DNA of 64,000 bases from Scyliorhinus canicula (lineage: Eukaryota), in contig NC_052158.1 in NCBI RefSeq assembly GCF_902713615.1, positions 106,776,540-106,840,539 of the forward strand, read 5' to 3'. Below the pieces are notes generated by a model. The model had not been told where the DNA came from. It did no database searches and saw only the letters and a program-made list of their open reading frames with translations. Shown here piece by piece: positions 1-9,599 of the stretch. The stretch's first letter is position 1, and the number at the start of each line of letters is the position of its first letter. A program made the position numbers and the translations under genes.

Positions 1-254
1 AGATCTGTTGGACTGTGTTTCAGCACTGTTGAGTTGAGACAATAGGCTTTAAACCCCGTTGTTTTGTGACTGGTGGAGGGAGCTGGAGTGCGGCCTTGCC
101 TCTGGTGGCGCAGCTGCCTTTGAGAGATTTCCCACGCTGACAATACGGTGCACATTGACTGATGATGGCGGCCGGCGATGAAGTTGATCCATCCAATGAT
201 CTTGGCTCTGTGGTGCAGGACATTAAAGACAGTTTTAAGAGTTATGTGGTGTCT

Positions 255-2460
255 TTATGGAGGTGGTGGCGGTGCACAAGGAGGTACTTGTAGCAAAGGG
301 AGCACTATCTCAGGTGTATGCCCACCTCCACATGGTTGAGTTCCTGTCATCCATCCTGACTGTTTTGTGTGAGGACAAGTGGGAACCAGTGATCTGCCTG
401 GTATCTGCAGTGAGGTGGTTCCCAGCAAATCTGGGAACTGGCTGCCATGTTTCACGAATCTCGAACTGGAGGTCAATTCAAATTCAATGGAGTTTTGGAC
501 AAGTTGCTGGCTCAGGATTTCATCTCCTTTCATTTTAGCTGATATGCCCTTGCTGTCAGAGGAGGCATCATTTTTTTTAAATAGCTTGTGTCAGATTTAT
601 CAATTCTGGACAAGCCTCTCCCAGGACCCCAGGATCAATATCAAAACTCCTAAGCGAATCCTGTCTCTGAGGACTGGGGTTGGGTTGGCCTTCCAAACCC
701 TGGTTCTGTCTGGGTCTTGTTCCTGTTGTTAATCAATTGGGGTTGGAGGTGCCTGAACTGGCTGAGCAGTCCTCCCCTGCAAGAGCTTGGGTAGGTGACC
801 ACTTGGGTTCGTTCGAATCAGCATGTTGGAACTGATGAGGTTCATGTTCCGATCGTTAGATCCTTGGAAGATCCTGAAGAGCACTCTCCGTTTCAGATTG
901 TGCTTTATTTTGAGTCTACTTTCTTCCTGTGCCAGTGCAATGGTCTTTATCCTGGTTTCTGTTGTGTTCATCCTGGACTGTACACCCTGATAATCATGTT
1001 GTAGCCTGTTCATCTTGTCAATTTATTAATTTACAGGGAAGTAAATATTTTGGGTGTGCATAGATAGTTCTTCTGATTTAATAACACGATGTTCAGCTGA
1101 ATGTTGATTTTTGGGATTTGTGCACAGTTTCTTTATCCTAGTATATCCTTGGGGGAGGATGAGCAGAGCCAGAGCTGGGAGGAGGTTGTGGGTGGTTAGT
1201 TTAGATGTGTCCTCGCTCCATTCGAAGAAAGTCCCCCATAGTTAGTTCTTTTTTAAATTTTGGTGGCACCTTTTTTTCTTCAGGCCTAAGCAGATTGTCC
1301 TGTTGAGGACTGAGCTTTGTAGGACTCCTCTTTAGCGGAACAGTCCGTTGTTTCTCCTGAAGTGGGCGTCCCACTCTGACTGTTCTAACTGCTGTCAGAG
1401 CTTTTGTAAGTGAGGCCGGTCTGAGTATCCTTTACTTGGTAGTAGATGGTGTTTTGGATGGTTTGGAGGGTGGCAGGAGAGGTGTTATGTCCTGTGCGGG
1501 GGCCAAACTGGTTAGCTTCTGAGGGGTGTAGGGACTGGGGTGCTATGGAAATCATTGGAGCCAATTCTATTTTATTCTTTGTGGCGGTGCTGGGCTAGGC
1601 CAGGCTCGGCAACACGGTCAGTATCCTGTTGGTACTTGGACAGGGGTACCTCCCTTGGTGGGTGTCATGGGGGAGTCCATTGTGGGTGAGTCCGCAGTCA
1701 GAGAGGTGAAGATGGGGGCAGGGTCCAAAGGTTCTCCATTCATGGGGGAGTCCATTGTGGGTGCGTCCACAGTCAGAGATGTGAAGGTTGGGGCGGGATC
1801 CACAGGCTCTCCATTGTGGGTGGGTCCACAGTCAGAGAGGTGAAGATTGGGACAGAGTCCGAAGGTTGGGTCCAGAAACTATCCTTATTCTATTGAGTGT
1901 TGTACTGAGGTCTATTGAGTGTTGGAAAGGGTCCACTTGCCGGTTGGTTGGCTGGTTCCCATCCAGTCTTAATATCCTAGTGGGTGGTTTGTGTGTCCGA
2001 GGGATTCATTCTGTCAGTTCTCGTTCTTCTTCTTCACTCTCCTTCTGACTTTGAGAGGTTTTGGGGATGTTGCTTCAACCTCTCTGAGTGTTGGTGCCTG
2101 TGAGGGCTGGTTGTGGCAGTGTTCGATGGTCAGCCTTATTGTAATGGACCCTCAGACGGATTCATGTTGACTTTAGGGTAACCTAATTTTTTTCTTCTTC
2201 TCAGTGTTTCTGGTTGTGGGGTGGTGTCCTGGGGTAAACCAACCCCCTACCCACCCTTAACTCTCTGAGTATTAAGGTTTGGTTGTGCCCGGTCCTCCCT
2301 TTGTCTTTGTTTTTGTCATTTTGCCATCTCAAAGATAGAGGATGGCTGTCTGTTCCGGTCTGGGATCTGGAGAAGAGTTTAAACTGCGTTGTAAGAGTTA
2401 GTTGATTCCCCTCATTAATAGGGTTTTTCAGGTATTGTTTTCTTCTTCTGCCATTTTGTT
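255..2460 (-). other. Unidentified decayed coding-like segment (possible TE or endogenous viral remnant)
   Basis: Minus strand is A/C-rich. ORFs 729..1013 and 255..533 share one frame, which extends upstream to ~1380 with few stops. It includes a hydrophobic stretch (NLLPALALLILP) and a coiled-coil-like stretch. No recognisable catalytic motif. Confidence 0.3.
1669..1865. repeat. Tandem repeat, about 3 units of 60-75 bp
   Basis: tccattgtgggtg.gtcc.cagtcagaga.gtgaag recurs near 1676, 1751 and 1810. Encodes PTMDSPM/DPAPxFTSLT repeats on the minus strand. Confidence 0.85.
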
Positions 2461-2469
2461 TTGTAACTA

Positions 2470-2886
2470 TGGGGGAGGTGTTGCCGTTGTGTTATTATCA
2501 TTGGACTAATAATCCAGAGTCATGCCCTGGGGATCTAGGCCATCTGGCCATCCTTACCTGGTCTGGCCTACATAATAATAATGTGACTACAGGGCAGCAC
2601 GGTGGCGCAGTGGGTTTGCCCTGTTGCCTCATGGCGCTGAGGTCCCAGGTTCGATCCCGACCCTGGGTCACTGTCCGTGTGGAGTTTGCACATTCTCCCC
2701 ATGTCTGTGTGGGTTTCGCCCCCTCAATCCAAAGATGTGCAAGCTAGGTGGATTGACCACGCCAAATTGCCCCTTAATTGGAAAAAATGAATTGGGTACT
2801 CTAAATTTTAAAAAAATAATAATAATGTGACTCCAGACCACAGCAATTTGGTTTACTCTTAACTGCCACTCTGTTCGTGGGCAATT
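2470..2886 (+). mobile_element. tRNA-derived SINE (family B, 3' tail shared with the CR1/L2-type LINE), interrupted by an HE1-like SINE and truncated by Rex1
   Basis: Head gggggaggtgttgccgttgtgttattatcattggactaataatccagag and body ccttacctggtctggcctaca..gtgactccagaccacagcaa. Homologous to copies at 17708 and 51398-51788. Confidence 0.7.
2592..2816 (+). mobile_element. HE1/V-SINE-like SINE, short A-tailed variant
   Basis: gggcagcacggtggcgcagtgg A-box, ggttcgatccc B-box, V-domain tgtggagtttgcacattctcccc, A-rich tail. Flanking repeat ataataataatgtgact on both sides. Confidence 0.9.
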
Positions 2887-3771
2887 TAATTTAATTTAAT
2901 TTTATTTTATTTGATTTGATTTATTATTGTCACATGTATGAGTATACAGTGAAAAGTATCGTTTCTTGCATGCTGGACAAACAATGCATACCGTACACAG
3001 GGAAGGAAGGAGAGACTGCAGAATATAATGGTACAGTTATAGCAAGGTGGAGAGAAAAGATCACTGAATACGGGGTAGGTCCATTCAAAAGTCTAATGGC
3101 AGTAGGGAAGAAGCTGTCCTTGAGTTGGTTGGTATGTGACCTCAAACTTTGGTATCTTTTTCCTGATGGAAGAAGGTGTCGAGTATGTCCGGTGACCATG
3201 GGGTCCTTAATTATGCTGGCTGTCTTTCTGAGGCAGCGGGAATTATAGATAGAATCAATGGATGGGAGGCTGGTTTGCCTGATGGACTGGGCTACATTCA
3301 CAACCTTTTGTAGTTTCCTGCGGTCTTGGGCAGAGCAGGCTCCATACTAAGCTGTGATACAACCAGAAAGAATGCTTTCTATGGTCTGTGGAAGATGGTG
3401 AGGGTTGTAGCTGACATGCCAAATTCCCTTAGTCTTCTGAGAAAATAGAGTCTTTGGTGGCCTTTCTTAACTATAGTGTCGGCATGTGGTTGGGGGGGGG
3501 GGGGGGGGGGGGGGGGGAGACCAGGTCAGGCTGTTGGTGATCCGTACACCTAAAAACTTGAAGCTATCGATCCTTTCTACTTCGTTCCCATTGATGTAGA
3601 CAGGGGCATGTTCTCCACTACACTTCCTGAAGTCGATGACAATTTCCTTTGTTTTGTTGACATTGAGGGAGAGATTATTATTGTCGCACCAGTTCACCAG
3701 ATTCTCTATCTCATTCCTGTACTCTGTCTTGTCATTGTTTGAAATCCGACCCACTACAGTGGTGTCATCAG

Positions 3772-4059
3772 TGTGGTGAATGTAACATGGTAATTCACAC
3801 TGTATCTTTGTAAGCGCAGTAGCGTTATCTGACCACTAGGGGGAGTAGCTCTGGAAATGCTCAGGAGCTTGTACAGTGCTCGACCCTTGGCTGCACCCAC
3901 AACTCCTCCCCCTTGTGCTGCTGTATAAATACCCTTGTCCAGAGTCAGCCTGCAGTTCACCGAGAGTTCATCAACAGGTAACAGGCTGGCTGTAGTAAGT
4001 AGATTAAAGCCTATATTCATATCGGAAAACACGTGTCTGGTGAATTGATGGTTCCATCA
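3772..4059 (+). repeat. Gypsy 5' LTR
   Basis: 288 bp with TATAAATA at ~3924 and ATTAAA at ~4003. About 11 substitutions plus a 2-bp indel versus the 3' LTR (hand count). Confidence 0.95.
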
Positions 4060-4092
4060 ATTTAATATACTTAAGAACAGTCAAGATCGATC

Positions 4093-5260
4093 ATGGAATC
4101 GGCCCTCAAGCCCGGAAACCTGGAACTCGACCCGCAGGATGCAGAGGCAAAAGAAATCTTCTCCCACTGGCTGCGGTGCTTTAAGGCCTACCTGGCAGAA
4201 GCGAGCACAGCCGAAACGACAGAGGAACAGAAGTTAAGCCTACTGTACACGAGGGTGAGCCACCGAATCTCTACGCAACTAAACTCGGCAGGTTCATATA
4301 CTGCAGCGCTAGCGGTACTCGATAAGATTTATATAAGGCCCATTAACGAAGTTTACGCAAGCCATGTGTTCACGACTCGCCGCCAGCGGCCTACAGAATT
4401 TTTAAGGGAACTCAATAATTTGTCAAATGACTGTAATTATCAAGCGGTTACCGCGGCTGAACACAGAGAACTTTCTGTACGCGATGTTTTTATAGCGGGC
4501 CTCAGGTCGAATTATGTGCGCCAACGACTGCTGGAAAAGGGGGCCCAAGACTTAGGAAACAACTGTGGAAGCTGCGACCATGATGGAGGTCTCCTTCCGC
4601 AGCCTTAACTCGTTCCCCGCGGACCCCGCGACCCAATCATGGGCCCCCGACCAGCGACTCCCCCAGGCCTGTGCTACACGGCCGCCCAGCCACCATGCTG
4701 CTCCAGCCAGCCACTATGCTGCCCCAGCCAGCCACTATGCTGCCCCAGCCAGCCACTATGCTGCTCCAGCCAGCCACCATGCTGCCCCAGCCAGCCACTA
4801 TGCTGCTCCAGACTGCCATTTCTGTGGCCAGAATCAGCACCCGCGGCAGCACTGCCCGGCCCACAACTCGACCTGCAGCAGCTGCGGGTGGAAAGGCCAC
4901 TGCGCAAGAGTGTGCCTCGCAAAAAGGGCCCCAGCTTCCAACTCCCCAGCGGCACAAAGTAATCGCTCCCCACACCCGCAGGCCTGCAGGGCCCGAAACG
5001 CTGCGGCCTATGCCCTGACTCTGCCCCCTCCCGCCACGTGCGATCCATGGGGGCCGCCATCCTGGCAAACCACCACACAGCCTGCCACGTGCGACTCATG
5101 GGGGCCGCCATCTTGGACGCCATCTTCCTCGCCCCCCGCCACGTGCGATCCATGGGCCCGACCTGCATCTCCACGCTCGGACAACTCATCGGAAGAGTAT
5201 GACTATGAACTCAGAGGGCAGTCATCACGGGGCCACTCCAGCACAGCTGATCGAGCCGCC
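4093..5260 (+). pseudogene. gag: Gypsy gag (frameshifted near 4560)
   Basis: ORFs 4093..4608 and 4565..5728. Two CCHC knuckles: CHFCGQNQHPRQHC and CSSCGWKGHCARVC. Confidence 0.9.
4683..4810 (+). repeat. 21-bp in-frame tandem repeat (about 6 units, PASHYAA) in gag
   Basis: ccagccagccactatgctgc(c/t) repeated. Confidence 0.95.
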
Positions 5261-8113
5261 GACTACCTGCAACTCAGCGAAGTCACTCTGGACCAATCAC
5301 GCCCGAAGCATCTGCGAAATTCGATGGCAGAGGTCCAAATCAATGGGTACAAAACGCCATGCCTCTTCGACTCCGGGAGCACCGAGAGCTTCATACATCC
5401 AGACCTGGTAAGACGCTGTTCACTCCCCGTTTTCCCCGTGCGGCAAACTATCTCGCTCGCTTCAGGCTCCCATTCGGTCCAGATCCAGGGGCGCACCGCC
5501 GCGACACTCACAATCCGAGGCGCTAGCTACTCAAAATTCAAACTCTATGTTTTGCCCGACCTCTGCGCGCCACACTTATTAGGCCTAGACTTTCAATGTA
5601 ACCTTAAGAGCCTCACCCTCAGCTTCTGCAGGCCCCTGCCTCCACTCACTATCTGCAGCCTCGCTACGCTGCGAATCCCCCCCCTCCTCCTCTCTTCGCC
5701 AGTCTCACAAAGAACTGTAAACCCGTAGCCACTCGTAGCAGGCGATATAGCCTGCAGGATAGGGTATTTATCAGAACAGAGGTCCGAAGGCTTCTCAGTG
5801 AGGGGATTATAGAGGCCAGCAATAGTCCCTGGAGAGCTCAGGTGGTGGTCGTTAAGACCGGGGGAAAATTCCGCATGGTTGTCGACTATAGTCAGACCAT
5901 AAATAGATTTACGCTCCTCGACGCGTATCCCCTCCCCAGGATTGCAGACATGGTAAACCAGATCGCCCAGTACCGGCTCTTTTCCACGGTGGATCTGAAG
6001 TCTGCATACCATCAGCTCCCAATCGGCCCGGAGGACCGCATTCAAGGCAATATCCGCCTCTTCCATTTCCTCCGGGTCCCTTTCGGCGTCACTAATGGGG
6101 TCTCGGTGTTCCAACGAGCAATGGACTGAATGGTGGACCAGTACGGGCTGCGGGCCACGTTTCCGTACTTGGACAATGTCACCATCTGTGACTATGACCA
6201 GCAGGACCACGACGCCAATCTCCACTGTTTTCTCCAGACGGCACAGAAACTAAATCTCACGTACAACAAGGAGAAATGTGTTTTCCGCACAACCAGACTA
6301 GCCATCCTCGGTTATGTCGTGGAAACCGGAGTCCTGGGCCCAGACCCGGACCGGATGCGCCCCCTCTTAGAACTCCCCCTCCCCCATTGCCCCAAGGCCC
6401 TCAAACGGTGCTTGGGCTTCTTCTCCTACTACGCCCAGTGGGTCACTCAATATGCGGACAAAGCCCGCCCATTCTTTAGGGCCACACGATTTCCCCTGTC
6501 AGCCGAGGCACGCCAGGCCTTCGACGGCATCAAGGAGGACATCGCCAAAGCGATCATGCAGGCGGTGGATGAATCCACTCCATTCCAGGTTGAGAGCGAC
6601 GCCCCAGAAGTAGCTCTAGCAGCCACACTAAATCAGGCAGGGAGACCAGTCGCATTTTTCTCCCGTACCCTCTCCGCTTCAGAACTCCGACGCTCCTCAG
6701 TCGAGAAAGAAGCACAAGTCATTGTGGAGGCTATTCGTTACTGGAGGCACTACCTCGCAGGTAGGAGGTTCACCCTCATCACCGACCAAAGATCGGTTGC
6801 CTTCATGTTTGACAACTCGCAAAGGGGCAAAATTAAAAACGACAAAATTCTGAGGTGGAGGATTGAACTCTCCACCGACAATTACGATATTAAGTATCGA
6901 CCCAGGAAGCTCAACGAGCCTCCGGATGCCCTATCCTGCGGGACATGCGCCAGCGCGCAGATTGACCGATTGAAAGTCATCCACAATGACCTCTGCCATC
7001 CAGGGGCCACCCGGCTCGCCCACTACATCAGAGCCCGAAACCTGCCTTTCTCCAACGAGGAGGTAAAAGCGGTCACCAGGGACTGCCCGATCTGTGCGGA
7101 GTGCAAACCGCACTTCTATAGACCAGACAGGGCCCACCTGGTCAAGGCTTCTCGGCCCTTTCAACGCCTCGCGATTGATTTCAATGGGCCACTCCCCTCA
7201 ACTAACAAGAACGTTTACTTTCTAAACATCGTAGATGAGTTCTCCCGTTTCCCATTCACTATCCCGTGCCCCGACATGACCTCCCACACAGTCATTAGGG
7301 CCCTGCATAGTATCTTCACCCTGTTTGGTTTCCCCAGCTACGTACACAGCGACCGGTGTTCGTCCTTCATGAGCGACGAGCTGCGTCAGTATCTGCTCGA
7401 CAAGGGCATTGCCTCGAGCAGGACTACCAGCTACAACCCCAGGGTGAACGGGCAGGTGGAGAGGGAGAACGCGACGGTCTGGAAGACCGTCCTACTGACC
7501 CTCCGGTCTAGAAAGCTCCAAGTCTCCCAGTGGCAGTAAGTCCTCCCAGACGCGCTCCACGCTATTAGGTCCCTTTGTGCACAGCGACCAATCAGACCCC
7601 TCACGAGAGAATCTTCATTTTTCCAGGGGCACTACCACGGGGGTCTCACTTCCGGCATGGCTGAGGACACCTGGCCCTGTACTTCTGAGGAAACACGTCA
7701 GGGCACACAAAACCAACCCCCTTGTTGAAAAGGTGCGCCTGCTCCACTCCAACCCCCAGTACGCATTCGTCGAGTTCCCTGACGGCCGTCAGGACACTGT
7801 ATCCCTCCGGGATCTGGCACTCGCCGGATCCAGCGCCCCCTCTACCCCCCACAGAAGGACCTCTCACCCTACACCCCATGCTGCCGCCTCCTCGCGCTAC
7901 CGAGCCCACGAGCTTGCTCCACCAGCTCCGCGCACCCGCGCCGGCCAGTCCCCGGTCGAACCAGGAGAGTATGAAGCTCGGATACAACCCTCCCTGGAGT
8001 CCGCCATCGTACCCCAGCACACAACACCCATCCAGCCTCCGCAAGAGGCTGCAACCCCGATGCTCCCCAGATCACAGCGGACAGTTCGACCACCAGACAG
8101 ACTGACTTTGTAG
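5261..8113 (+). pseudogene. pol: Gypsy pol (protease, RT, RNase H, integrase), disrupted
   Basis: Protease LFDSGS. RT FRMVVDYS, VDLKSAYHQL, PFGVTNG, YLDNV. RNase H ESDA..TDQRS. Integrase HxxxxH..CPIC, IDF, HSDR, NGQVERE. Stops or frameshifts near 5700, 6127 and 7537. Confidence 0.93.
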
Positions 8114-8154
8114 ACCACCACCCCCGCCGGACTTGGTTTTTTGCAGGGGGTGAA

Positions 8155-8444
8155 TGTGGTGAATGTAACATGGTAATTCACACTTTATCTTTGTAAGCGC
8201 AGTAGCGTTATCCGACCACTAGGGGGAGTAGCTCTGGGAATGCTCAGGAGCTTGTACAGGGCTCTACCCTTGGCTCCGCCCACGACTCCTCCCCCTTGTG
8301 CTGCTGTATAAATACCCATGTCCAGAGTCAGCCTGCAGTTCACCGAGAGTTCATCAACGGGTAACAGGCTGGCTCTGTAGTAAGTAGATTAAAGCCTATA
8401 TTCATATCGGATAACACGTGTCTGGTGAATTGATGGTTCCATCA
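8155..8444 (+). repeat. Gypsy 3' LTR
   Basis: 290-bp direct repeat of 3772-4059. Confidence 0.95.
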
Positions 8445-9599
8445 ATCAGCAAATTTGAAAATCGAGTTGGAGGGGAATTTGGCCACACAGTCATAGGTGT
8501 ACAAGGAGTATAGTTGGGGTCTGAGGACACAGCCTTGTGGGGCACCGGTGTTGAGGATGATCGTTTAGGTGGTGTTGTTGCCTATCTTTACTGATTGTGG
8601 CCTGTGGATTAGAAAGTTCAGGATGCAGTCGCAGAGGGAGGAGCCGAGGCCAAGGCCACGGAGTTTGGAGATGGGTTTCGTAGGACTGATGGTGTTGAAG
8701 GCTGAGCTGTAGTCGATAAATAGGAGTCTGACATGGGTGTCTTTGTTATCTAGGTGTTCCAGGGTAGAGTGTAGGGCCATGGAGATGGCGTCTGCTGTGC
8801 ACCTGTTGCAGCGGTAGGCGAACTGTAGTGGATCAAGGCAATCCAGGAGGCTGGAGTTGATTTGACTAACCTTTCGAAGCACTTCATGATGATGGATGTC
8901 AGAGCCACTGGACGATAGTCATCAAGGCACGCTGCTTGACATTTTTTGGTACAGGGATGATGGTCGTTTCTTGAAGCAAATAGGGACCTCAGATTGTTGG
9001 AAAGAGAGGTTAAAGATGTCTGCGAATACCCCCGCCAGCTAATCCGCGCAAGACCCGAGTGCTCGTCCGGGTACCCCATCCGGGCCAGTGGCTTTCCGTG
9101 GGTTGACCTTTGAGAAGGCTGCTCTGACGTCTGCAATGGTGACCTCAGATACCAGTTCATCCGCGGCTTCTGGGGTGGACGGGTCGCTCTCACTGACCTC
9201 TTGCTCAAAGCGGGCATAGAATGCATTGAGCTCATCAGGGAGGGGTGTATTGGAGCCGACGATTTTACATGCCTTCATCTTGTAGCCCGTTATGTCTTAC
9301 AGACCTTGCCATAGATGGCGGGGATCCGTGTGGCTAGCCTGGGACTCGAGCTTGGTCCGGTACTGTCTTTTGGCATCTTTGATGGATTTCTTTAGATCAT
9401 ATCTGGCTTTTTTGTAGAAGTCAGGGACGCCTGTTTGAACGCCTCAGACCTAGACTTCAGCAAGCAGTGAATATCCCTGTTCATCCAGGGTTTCCGGTTG
9501 GGAAACACGCGGATTTGCTTCTTTGGCACACAGTCTGCTACACACTTACTAATGAAGTCAGTTGCTGTAGCGGCATACTCGTTCAGGCTGGTCGCAGAG

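Larger units (their letters stand above)
3772..8444 (+). mobile_element. Ty3/Gypsy LTR retrotransposon, near full length (4.67 kb)
   Basis: TG...CA LTRs at 3772-4059 and 8155-8444. 5-bp TSD ATCAG at 3767-3771 and 8445-8449; the empty site tcatcagcaaat is present in Rex1 copy 2 (~35201). Domain order gag-PR-RT-RH-IN. Purine-rich tract before the 3' LTR. Confidence 0.97.

Noticed and set aside
4683-4810. CRISPR-like array
   Set aside because: Contiguous tandem units without unique spacers, a eukaryotic context, and no cas genes.
4674-5018. Alternative-frame repetitive ORFs (PLCCPSQ, QPATMLP, GWLGQHS) resembling keratin-associated or prion-like proteins
   Set aside because: They are shadow frames of the 21-bp repeat inside Gypsy gag.
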